Below, in pieces: positions 52,105-60,205 of a DNA stretch of 64,000 nt. Below the pieces are notes generated by a model. It saw only the letters and a program-made list of their open reading frames with translations, was not told where the DNA came from and did not search any database. Every line of letters begins with the position of its first letter. Position 1 is the stretch's first letter. The translations under genes were made by a program, and so were the position numbers. The stretch spans positions 62,001-126,000 of the forward strand of contig CAZCME010000003.1 in NCBI GenBank assembly GCA_964499705.1. Reading direction: 5' to 3'. Origin of the DNA: an uncultured bacterium (GTDB lineage Bacteria; UBA8481).

Positions 52105-53183
52105 GCGTCTTCATGCCCGGCGCGCGGCGCCGTTTCGCGGGCGCGTGCTTCCTGGCCGGAATGATGCTGGCGTGCGTGGAGCCCCAGAAGATCCAGACTA
52201 TTCATCATTGGAACGTCAGCGAGTCAAAGCTCATCGACGCCCAGCCTTCCGATGAAGGCCTGCAGGTTGTCCGCAGCACGGCCGTTCGAACCGCGGTGGA
52301 GGCCTACCTGCCGGACGGGAACGTCTCGCGCCGCACGTTTTTCGATCATCCGATTTCCTTCGTGCTCTCCGCCGGTAACACGACCTATTTCGTCGAGGAA
52401 ATATCGCCCGCGCGGAATCGGATCATTCGCGTGGATCCCGACGGATCGACGAATGTCGTCTCCCAGGAGGGCAACTGGACGCAGATCGTCAAGGGGCCGC
52501 GTGGGCACGTCTTCGGAGTCGAGTCGCTGTTTCTCTCCAGGGATATTCCGCCGTCCGCGGGTCGCCTGTACAACCTGACGCGGGGCGAGATCGCCTTCGA
52601 GGACAATTTCTCGTATCACTATCCCTTCGCCGGAGACGCGATGCTGCTCGTCTCTCCTCTCGACCGTCACGTGAGGTTCCTGGAGAACGGCAAGGCGCGC
52701 GAGATAGGCTCGGTCACAAGCCTTGATTTTCCGCCGCTCGTCAGTCATGACGGGAGTCGCACGATCTGGTTCGGCCCCGGAGGTTCCGGTTCCACGCTCT
52801 ATCTCTGCGATGCGAAGGGCCATGTCTCCACGTTGCTTACGCCGCTCACGGAACGCCCCGTGGCGTGGCTCGGAGACGATATTCTCGTCGGATACCAGGA
52901 CGCTCTCACGACGGGATGGATTCTGAAGCGGACAAGCGTGGCGGACGGACTCGTCAGGGCAACCATTCCCGTGCCGCCCAATGTCGTCCTGACCGGAATG
53001 CTCGGGTCTCCGCGCGGGGATTTCATCGGTCTTCCGACCCCCACGGGATCTCTCCTCATCCGCCTGTCCGACGGATTCATCCAGGAAATATCGTCGTCGC
53101 TTTCGACATGGCGATTCTCGCGCGACGGCAGCCGGTTGTGGATCGTGGAACAGGGTGATTTGATGGTGATCGACCTGAAATAA
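52101..53183 (+). CDS. Putative lipoprotein with beta-propeller-like repeats
   Basis: Lipobox MLAC; SHDGSR, SPRGD, SRDGSR blade-like motifs; GTGA overlap. Confidence 0.55.
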   Translation: MSVFMPGARRRFAGACFLAGMMLACVEPQKIQTIHHWNVSESKLIDAQPSDEGLQVVRSTAVRTAVEAYLPDGNVSRRTFFDHPISFVLSAGNTTYFVEEISPARNRIIRVDPDGSTNVVSQEGNWTQIVKGPRGHVFGVESLFLSRDIPPSAGRLYNLTRGEIAFEDNFSYHYPFAGDAMLLVSPLDRHVRFLENGKAREIGSVTSLDFPPLVSHDGSRTIWFGPGGSGSTLYLCDAKGHVSTLLTPLTERPVAWLGDDILVGYQDALTTGWILKRTSVADGLVRATIPVPPNVVLTGMLGSPRGDFIGLPTPTGSLLIRLSDGFIQEISSSLSTWRFSRDGSRLWIVEQGDLMVIDLK

Positions 53184-53231
53184 GGAAGCGATCGGCCGCC
53201 AGGCAATCCTGACGCCCTTGACGAAGGAAGT

Positions 53232-53402
53232 CAGAACTTCCCCATCAAAAATATTGACAGGATGAACAGGATAGGCAGGATCGATTCAGGGTGGAATCGA
53301 AGGCAATTTATCCTGTTATCAGGAAGTGGTTTTCATTCCTCTTGAATCCTGCCTATCTTGCCCATCCTGTTAAATTTCCCGCCATCGGATGGGGAACTTC
53401 TG
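53232..53402. mobile_element. 171-bp MITE-like non-autonomous element
   Basis: Terminal IR CAGAACTTCCCCATC / GATGGGGAACTTCTG (14/15); perfect 9-bp direct repeat GAAGGAAGT at 53223-53231 and 53403-53411; internal CAGGAT-repeat inverted arms; related copy at 63756-63890. Confidence 0.8.
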
Positions 53403-53439
53403 GAAGGAAGTGATCGGCATGGTGGAGACGAGGACGGGG

Positions 53440-53448
53440 TGATACAAT
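53440..53448 (+). promoter_or_regulatory. Extended -10 promoter of tRNA-Lys
   Basis: TGaTACAAT about 40 nt upstream of the tRNA. Confidence 0.5.
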
Positions 53449-53489
53449 GCCCGACTCCCAGGCGAGCCTGACTCAGGCAATCCTGTCCC

Positions 53490-53561
53490 GGGGCGGTAAC
53501 TCAATGGTAGAGTGCCGGCCTTTTAAGCCGTAGGTTGAGGGTTCGAATCCCTCCCGCCCCA
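53490..53561 (+). tRNA. tRNA-Lys (anticodon TTT), CCA not encoded
   Basis: Acceptor GGGGCGG/CCGCCCC-A, D arm ACTC-AATGGTA-GAGT, anticodon loop CTTTTAA, T arm GAGGG-TTCGAAT-CCCTC. Confidence 0.96.
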
Positions 53562-53594
53562 GCGAGAATTACTTGGAACTGTTTTAGACATTTG

Positions 53595-53629
53595 AAATTA
53601 CAAATTACAAATTACAAATTACAAATTAT
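53595..53629 (+). repeat. Heptamer tandem repeat (AAATTAC)x4 + AAATTAT
   Basis: Read directly; AT-rich island between tRNA-Lys and the next ORF. Confidence 0.9.
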
Positions 53630-53644
53630 CATCGAAGGTTTCCG

Positions 53645-54043
53645 ATGGCCGAGCATTGCATCATCACATATTGCTGCCGCGACAAGGATCCGGCGCCCGG
53701 GCTCCTGCTGGCCATCAAGCGCTACAGGTCCGACCGCATCCAGTCGCTCTACCGTCAGGCGATCGAGGAAGGATCAGGCTTTCTCATTTTCTCCGGACAG
53801 TTCGGCCTGCTCCGTCCCGACGAGGAAATTCCATGGTACGATCACATGCTCCAGCCCGAAGAAATTCCCGCGATGATCCTGAAGATCTGCGGCCCGCTGG
53901 GCCGGTATGACGCCGCTACGTTCTACTACCGGGAAGGCGACAACATCGCGTCTTACCTCGAAGCGATCCGGACCGCCGCCGACCGCACCGCCGTGACGCT
54001 GACGGAAAGGGGACATTCTCCAACATTGCAACATTCAGAATAA
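53645..54043 (+). CDS. DUF6884-like small protein
   Basis: CIITYCCRDK...RY...IFSGQFGLLRPDEEIPWYDHML matches the (I/L)SAxYGLLxPxxxIxxYD pattern. Confidence 0.55.
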   Translation: MAEHCIITYCCRDKDPAPGLLLAIKRYRSDRIQSLYRQAIEEGSGFLIFSGQFGLLRPDEEIPWYDHMLQPEEIPAMILKICGPLGRYDAATFYYREGDNIASYLEAIRTAADRTAVTLTERGHSPTLQHSE

Positions 54044-54167
54044 ACGAGTTGGATCGACCTTCCCGCCGCGCGGCAAAAAAATTCACATAAGTTTAGCTTT
54101 GCATAATTTCGGAGCCTGCCGATAAGAAAGTCAGATGATGTTGTCGAGCACGCATACAAGGAGGTAG

Positions 54168-54881
54168 ATGATGCTCCGAAATACGATCCGTCTTGCGCCC
54201 GCCGCCCTTGCGGAAGCATCTCAGTCCGATGAGATTTCGCCCCATGCGTTTTCGTCCGATGAGCCCCTGATCGAACGCCGGTGGCGCCAGCTTCACAGCC
54301 AGACCATATCCATGCGCCGCGAGCTGGATCAGCTCCGTGTTCAGAACCGGACGCTTCGCCGGCTCATCTTCACCGATCCCTTGACCGGCCTCTGCAATCG
54401 CATTGCGCTTGAGAAGGCGCTCCTGCCGAAATGGGCCTCCTTCGAGGAGGGAGCGGTGATCGTGCTCGACCTCGACCGCTTCAAGACCGTGAACGACACG
54501 TACGGCCACGAGATGGGGGACAGGATCCTGGCGCGGTTCGGCGAATTGATCCGGATGAATATTCGCGAGGAGGATTTCGCCGTTCGATATGGCGGCGAGG
54601 AATTCGTCGTCCTCGCCTGCGGTGTGATGTCGCGTGACGCGGCCGTCATCGCGGAACGCATTCGCCGCGCCACGGAACGATTCATCTTTCCCGCCGGTAT
54701 CCGCATGACCGTCTCGATCGGTCTTGCCGCGGGTTCGCCTCCGGCCTGGAAGGAACTCTTTCCGAAGGCCGACGAGTCGCTCTACGCCGCCAAGTCCGCC
54801 GGCCGCAACCGTGTCATCTGCCGCGATCCGATCGGAATGTCATCCCGCCTGCATCGCGTGGAGCCCGCGCATGTGCAATGA
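54168..54881 (+). CDS. Diguanylate cyclase (coiled coil + GGDEF)
   Basis: TDPLTGLCNR, DLDRFKTVNDTYGH, REED I-site, RYGGEEF, AKSAGRN; AAGGAGGT SD. Confidence 0.93.
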   Translation: MMLRNTIRLAPAALAEASQSDEISPHAFSSDEPLIERRWRQLHSQTISMRRELDQLRVQNRTLRRLIFTDPLTGLCNRIALEKALLPKWASFEEGAVIVLDLDRFKTVNDTYGHEMGDRILARFGELIRMNIREEDFAVRYGGEEFVVLACGVMSRDAAVIAERIRRATERFIFPAGIRMTVSIGLAAGSPPAWKELFPKADESLYAAKSAGRNRVICRDPIGMSSRLHRVEPAHVQ

Positions 54882-54933
54882 ATGAGGGAGAGTCAGGATG
54901 CTCCGGACATTTCGCGCATGAATTCCGGACCGT

Positions 54934-54965
54934 CCATCCTGCCCATCCTGCCTATCCTGTTTAAA
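54934..54965 (-). repeat. Arm of the 9-nt-periodic CAGGAT repeat
   Basis: CCATCCTGCCCATCCTGCCTATCCTGTTTAAA between convergent genes; a single CAGGATG at 54894-54900 can pair with it. Confidence 0.7.
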
Positions 54966-54973
54966 AACGGGAG

Positions 54974-56671
54974 CTACAGCACCATCGGATTGAACTTGTT
55001 CTTCGCGAAGATGTACCAGGCGCAGACGGATATGAAGCCGCGGTCCTGCTTGACCCAGTCGTACCCGCCCGAGCCGTTGGCCGTGTAGGGGAGCACCCGG
55101 TAGGTGACGCCGTTCAATTCGCGGTCGATCATGAATCCATCCAGTTGATTGGCGTAGAAATTCCCGCGCAGCGGATCTCCGTACAGGAGATAGGCCACCG
55201 CGATGTGGCCTGTGCCGTCGAGCCAGGCGTTCTCCACCTTCGGGTCCGGTCCGTGATAAAAGCCCGCGACCTGTCGGCCGTTGACCGTGAGCGTCTTGCG
55301 GTAGCGCAGATCGAATTCCGGGATGTCCAGAAGCGGCGCGGCCTCGCGGCCGAACGCGAGAACCCTCCAGGTATAAAGATCGAGCGGAAGATTCTTTCCT
55401 TTCAGTGAACGATCGAGCCAGATGCGGATTTCCGCGGCGCGCTCCCGGTCGCCGCACATCAGGAACGCGGCATAGCAGTCGATGTTGCCTTCCGGGTGGC
55501 CGTGATCCTCGTGCAATTTCTGATCGCCCTTGCGCCAGCCGTGCTGGACATAGCCGCCAAGGCCGTCCGGCGCCTTCGTGTACCAGGCCGTCAGAAGCGA
55601 CTGAAGAAGCTTCGCGAGCGGTGCGTATTTCTTCGAGCTGAACATCTTCTCGTGCTGCTTGCAGGCCATCAGCATCCACGCCATGTCGCCCATCCACCGG
55701 TCGCTCCGGTTGCCCGGATTGTGATAGGCCTTGTCACCGCCTTCATCATGGAGATTCACGAACTGGAAAAAGCCCCGCGCTTCGCCCTTGTAGAAGAAAT
55801 TCTGAAGGGAAGGATCGGTGTTGCGGCGGTTGGTCGCTTTCGCGTAGAAGTCGAGGATGCGTTCCGCGCGTTCCCGCTCGCCTTTGACCATGAAGGCCAT
55901 GGCGACGAGGGAGTTGTTGAACGTCTGGAGCTCGTTGCACTCCTGCGACGGCAGTACATTCTTCGCCGGAGAGGAGATATCCTGAACCTGCTTCAGGTAT
56001 TCGAGGACGCCCGTCTCCTCGGGCACGAGCGCTTCATCGCGCCTCTGGCGGAATCCGATGCCGGCCAGTTCGCGGTCGGGATCCAGCAGGGGCCCGACAG
56101 GGTCGAATGTGGGCCTGGCGCCCGCGGGTCCGAATCCGATTTCATCCACTTCCACTTTGCCGCCTCCCTGGCCGGAAAACGCGAGTTCGATCTTGGCTAG
56201 CTCGTCGAAGTTGTCGTCTCCGCCCCACCAGTATTCCGTGCCGTTCTTGTAGAGAATGATCTGGGTCCAATCCGCATACTGTCCATCGAGCGGCACTTTC
56301 CTGCCGAAGACGGAACCGTCCACATCGATGAATTTCATCTCCAGGTTGCCCTTGGCCTTTGCGCGAATGAGAAACGCCAGGGGTATCGTGTCGGCCAGGT
56401 GATCCTTCGAGTTCCGGCCCATGAGAACCCAGCCGCCGTTGCCGAGCGTGAAATCGACGACAAGGGACGAATCCTCCAGGCCGGTCGATTCCGAGAGCTT
56501 GATCGCGCTGTTTCCGTCCTTGTCGGATGTCCATTCGGATGCTCTGTCCCAATCCCTTTGAACAAGGGACTGGAACGGTGCGGGCGCGGTGGACTGGCCG
56601 CAGGCCGCGCATGCGGCGAGGGCGACGGTGAGGAGAAAAGGGCCTGGACGGCAAGAAGGGGTGCGGTTCAT
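54974..56671 (-). CDS. Lipoprotein with CBM-like N-terminal domain and probable (alpha/alpha)6 glycoside-hydrolase-like domain
   Basis: Lipobox CAAC; beta-sandwich segment (VVDFTL...WV...LEMKFIDVDG...WTQI); helical C-terminal region with WMGDMAW, EGNID, WLDGT. Confidence 0.5.
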   Translation of the reverse strand: MNRTPSCRPGPFLLTVALAACAACGQSTAPAPFQSLVQRDWDRASEWTSDKDGNSAIKLSESTGLEDSSLVVDFTLGNGGWVLMGRNSKDHLADTIPLAFLIRAKAKGNLEMKFIDVDGSVFGRKVPLDGQYADWTQIILYKNGTEYWWGGDDNFDELAKIELAFSGQGGGKVEVDEIGFGPAGARPTFDPVGPLLDPDRELAGIGFRQRRDEALVPEETGVLEYLKQVQDISSPAKNVLPSQECNELQTFNNSLVAMAFMVKGERERAERILDFYAKATNRRNTDPSLQNFFYKGEARGFFQFVNLHDEGGDKAYHNPGNRSDRWMGDMAWMLMACKQHEKMFSSKKYAPLAKLLQSLLTAWYTKAPDGLGGYVQHGWRKGDQKLHEDHGHPEGNIDCYAAFLMCGDRERAAEIRIWLDRSLKGKNLPLDLYTWRVLAFGREAAPLLDIPEFDLRYRKTLTVNGRQVAGFYHGPDPKVENAWLDGTGHIAVAYLLYGDPLRGNFYANQLDGFMIDRELNGVTYRVLPYTANGSGGYDWVKQDRGFISVCAWYIFAKNKFNPMVL

Positions 56672-56775
56672 GAAAGGACGATAGCAGAGGAAGAAAGCGG
56701 TTACAACGGTCCTGTTGAGGATGCCCATCCGGAGGAGCGCGAGGCCGGGGCCGGTGTGATATAATCGGTAACGTC

Positions 56776-57321
56776 ATGAAAGGCGTGATCTTTCAGATTC
56801 TGGAGCAGGTGATCGTCCAGGAGCACGGCGAAGACGCGTGGGAGGGACTTCTGGATGCGGCCGAACTGGATGGAGCCTACACGTCGCTCGCTTCCTATCC
56901 CGACGAACATCTCTTCAAGCTCGTCGCGGCGGCGTCCGCGGCGCTTCAAGAGACTCCGCAGCGGATCATCCGACGGTTTGGGCGCAAGGCTTTTCCGCAT
57001 CTGGCGGGGAAATATCCCCTGTTCCTGACACCGCACAATTCGACGATTCCATTCCTTCTCACCTTGAACGACATCATCCATCCGGAGGTGAGAAAACTAT
57101 ATCCCGGGGCCGATGTCCCTGAATTCGACTTCTCTCAAACCGCCGATCGAATCCTGATCCTGGGATATTCCTCCAGGCGTAAACTCTGCGCCCTTGCGGA
57201 AGGTCTCATCGAAGGTGCGGCGGAACACTACGGCGAGCGGGTTCTCCTCGAACAGACATCGTGCATGCATCGCGGAGACGACAAGTGCGTGATCAGGTGC
57301 TCATTTGAACGCATCGCCTGA
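56776..57321 (+). CDS. H-NOX (heme NO-binding) sensor protein
   Basis: MKGVIF, YPD, FG, proximal His in IHPEVRKLYP, PEF, YxSxR (YSSRR), GLIEG, C-terminal CMHRGDDKC. Confidence 0.9.
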   Translation: MKGVIFQILEQVIVQEHGEDAWEGLLDAAELDGAYTSLASYPDEHLFKLVAAASAALQETPQRIIRRFGRKAFPHLAGKYPLFLTPHNSTIPFLLTLNDIIHPEVRKLYPGADVPEFDFSQTADRILILGYSSRRKLCALAEGLIEGAAEHYGERVLLEQTSCMHRGDDKCVIRCSFERIA

Positions 57322-58162
57322 GAGCTCGGTGGCCGTCGGTCAGACGGAGTCCGAAAAGGAGATCATCCGGCTGAAGCGGCAGCTATCCCGCGAGCGAAAG
57401 GCCCGCATCCAGGCCGAGGAGATTGCCGAGCATGCCACAAGGGAACTGTACGAGAAAAATCTCGACCTGAATCGGGCGAACCGTGATCTGGAGCAATTCG
57501 CGTACATCGCTTCGCACGATCTCCAGGAACCCCTGCGGATGGTATCCAGCTTCACACAACTGCTGGCGAAACGATACCGGGGCAGGCTCGACAAGGACGC
57601 CGACGATTTCATCGCGTTTGCAGTGGACGGCGCCAGGCGCATGCAGGGAATGATCAACGATCTCCTGGCCTATTCCCGCGTGGGCCGTCCCAACGCGGAT
57701 ATCGTTCCGGTCGATGCGAACGAAGCCTACCATCGAGCCATTTCCAACCTGACGGGAACGATCGAAGAAAGCGCGGCGGATATAACGCATGACGCGCTTC
57801 CCGTCGTCAGGGCCGGGAATGCCGAGCTGGCCCGGCTCTTCCAGAACCTTCTCGGGAACGCGATCAAGTTCCGCGGCGACGCGCCTCCGAAGATTCACAT
57901 CGCGGCCGTACGCGACGGAGCCGCCTGGAGATTTTCCGTCCGCGACAACGGCATCGGAATGCCGATGGACAATCGGGAGAAGATATTCGATCTCTTCAAA
58001 CGGCTCGGCTCCAGGGAAAAATATCCCGGCAGCGGTCTGGGCCTCGCGATCGCGAAGCGGATCGTGGAGAGGAGCGGCGGACGGATCTGGGTGGAGTCGG
58101 AACCGGGGAGAGGATCGATATTCTTCTTCACGCTTCCCGCTTCGGATGGAGGATGCTCATGA
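57305..58162 (+). CDS. Sensorless histidine kinase (H-NOX-associated; bacteriophytochrome-type core)
   Basis: Short coiled coil then [15 protein letters not shown] box, [23 protein letters not shown]. Confidence 0.92.
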   Translation: MNASPESSVAVGQTESEKEIIRLKRQLSRERKARIQAEEIAEHATRELYEKNLDLNRANRDLEQFAYIASHDLQEPLRMVSSFTQLLAKRYRGRLDKDADDFIAFAVDGARRMQGMINDLLAYSRVGRPNADIVPVDANEAYHRAISNLTGTIEESAADITHDALPVVRAGNAELARLFQNLLGNAIKFRGDAPPKIHIAAVRDGAAWRFSVRDNGIGMPMDNREKIFDLFKRLGSREKYPGSGLGLAIAKRIVERSGGRIWVESEPGRGSIFFFTLPASDGGCS

Positions 58163-58617
58163 CGGATCGAATCGATGCCGGTCCTGTCGAGATCCTCCTC
58201 GTGGAAGACAATCCGGGCGACGTGCGCCTCACGCTCGAGGCGATGAAAGAGAGCAAGGTGCTGAACAACATCACCGTGATGAAAGACGGGGGAGAAGCGC
58301 TCCTGTATCTCAGGCGGCAGGGCCCGTATGCGGATGCTCCCCGCGTGGATATCGTGCTGCTGGATCTGAATCTTCCCGTGCGCGATGGCCGCGAGGTGCT
58401 CGCGGAGATCCGCGCCGATCCTGAACTGACGCATCTGCCGGTCGTCATCCTGACGACGTCCGCCGCGGAGGCGGACATACTGAGAAGCTACCAGCTGCAC
58501 GCGAACTGCTATGTCACGAAGCCTTTCGATCTCGAAGGATTTACCGCCGTGGTCAGGTCGCTGGAGGGATTCTGGCTCTCCATCGTGAAACTGCCGAGGC
58601 TGGACAGCGATGACTGA
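58159..58617 (+). CDS. Single-domain response regulator (Rcp1-like)
   Basis: [45 protein letters not shown]. Confidence 0.92.
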   Translation: MTDRIDAGPVEILLVEDNPGDVRLTLEAMKESKVLNNITVMKDGGEALLYLRRQGPYADAPRVDIVLLDLNLPVRDGREVLAEIRADPELTHLPVVILTTSAAEADILRSYQLHANCYVTKPFDLEGFTAVVRSLEGFWLSIVKLPRLDSDD

Positions 58618-60199
58618 GCCAGCCAGGGAGCCCACGGTCGTATTGCTGATCGAGGATAATCCCGGCGATGTGCGCCTCGTGCGCGAGGCATTCGCCGAAG
58701 CGGGGAACAACGAATTCAAGCTGGAAGTCGCGATGGATCTTCTGGCCGGGCTCCAGCGGGTCGACGCCGGGGGAATCCAGGTTGTCGTTTCGGACCTGAA
58801 CCTTCCCGACAGCGAGGGACTGGGCGCGGTGGCGCGCCTGCGTGCGCACGCGCGTGGCATACCGATCCTTGTCCTGACGGGAACGTACGACGAAGCCCGC
58901 GGAGTCGACGCGCTCCGGTTCGGCGTCCAGGACTACATGTTGAAGGAGGAGATGGCGCCGAGAACGCTCATCAGGGCCGTGCGGTATGCGATCGAGCGTC
59001 AGCGGACGGATGAAGCGCTGGCTGCTACGAACAGGGAACTGGCTCGCGCCAATCGGGCGCTGGAAGCGTCGCGCCTGGACCTGGAACATCGCGTCGCGGA
59101 ACGCACATCGGAACTGGCCCAGGCCAACCGCGATCTCGAAACGCTCCTGTTTGTCGCGACGCATGATCTGAAGGAACCCCTGAACGCGATCGAGGCTTTC
59201 TCCGAGATCGTCTCCGAACGGTACGCACCGCATCTGGACGACAAGGGCAGGGATCTGCTCCGGCGCATCTCCCGCGGCACAAGGAGGATGCGCGGGCTGC
59301 TGGAGGATCTGCTGGTTCTGACGAAAGCTCAGAAGATCGACGTTCCCGAAGCCAGTGTCGCGGTCGACAACCTCGTCGCGGAAGCGCTGGCGCGCTTCAC
59401 CGAGCAGATTCGAGAGAAGGGAGCGCGTATCCGCGTTGAAAAGCCGCTGCCTGTTCTGCGGGTGAATCGAACCTGGGTGGTCGAAGCCTGCGCGAACCTC
59501 ATATCGAATGCGCTGAAGTTCACGGATCCGGGATCGGCGCCGGACATCGAGATCGCCGGCTACTCAGGCGTGGAGGGTGTCGGCATTGTCGTGAGGGACC
59601 GCGGAACGGGCGTCCCGAAGGAACTCTCGGATCGGATTTTCCAGCTTTTTCAGCGCGGCGTCAGCCGCGAGGTTGAAGGCACGGGCGCGGGCCTGACGAT
59701 CGTCAGGCAGATCGCGGAACGCCACGGCGGACACGCGTGGGTGCGTTCGCGCGACGGAGGAGGATCCGAATTCTTCGTCACGTTCGCCGGAATCGAGGTG
59801 GAAGCCGGTGCCGTGAATCTCCTGCTGGTCGATGACGACGAGGACTTCATCTTCATCATGAAAGAACAGCTGGAGGGCAGCAGGATGGTGGGCCGGCTTG
59901 CCGTCGCTCATGACGGCGTCGAGGCGCTCGAATATCTCCGCAAGGCCGACGGCTTTCAGAATGCCGACACGCCGGATGTCGTTCTACTTGATATCAATAT
60001 GCCCCGAAAGAACGGATTCGAAGTGCTGGCCGACATGCATAATGACCCGCTTCTGCATGAAATTCCCGTCGCGATGGTGACATCCAGCGTCCGGAAGGAG
60101 GATGAGGCGAGATCACTGGCGATGGGGGCATCGGCCTATCTCACGAAGCCGTTTCAGTTCGAGGATCTGATTTCCGTCGTGCAGCGGCTGGCCGCGTAG
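58610..60199 (+). CDS. Hybrid histidine kinase REC-HisKA-HATPase-REC
   Basis: N-terminal receiver (IEDNPGD, SDLNLP), [25 protein letters not shown]-terminal receiver (VDDD, LDINMP, TKP). Confidence 0.9.
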   Translation: MTEPAREPTVVLLIEDNPGDVRLVREAFAEAGNNEFKLEVAMDLLAGLQRVDAGGIQVVVSDLNLPDSEGLGAVARLRAHARGIPILVLTGTYDEARGVDALRFGVQDYMLKEEMAPRTLIRAVRYAIERQRTDEALAATNRELARANRALEASRLDLEHRVAERTSELAQANRDLETLLFVATHDLKEPLNAIEAFSEIVSERYAPHLDDKGRDLLRRISRGTRRMRGLLEDLLVLTKAQKIDVPEASVAVDNLVAEALARFTEQIREKGARIRVEKPLPVLRVNRTWVVEACANLISNALKFTDPGSAPDIEIAGYSGVEGVGIVVRDRGTGVPKELSDRIFQLFQRGVSREVEGTGAGLTIVRQIAERHGGHAWVRSRDGGGSEFFVTFAGIEVEAGAVNLLLVDDDEDFIFIMKEQLEGSRMVGRLAVAHDGVEALEYLRKADGFQNADTPDVVLLDINMPRKNGFEVLADMHNDPLLHEIPVAMVTSSVRKEDEARSLAMGASAYLTKPFQFEDLISVVQRLAA

Positions 60200-60205
60200 G
60201 GGCTT

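Noticed and set aside
53232-53629. Repeats near tRNA-Lys as a possible CRISPR array
   Set aside because: Units are 7 or 9 nt without unique spacers; no cas genes in the window
53535-53876. 113-aa ORF containing LQITNYKLQII
   Set aside because: Starts inside tRNA-Lys and merely translates the heptamer repeat
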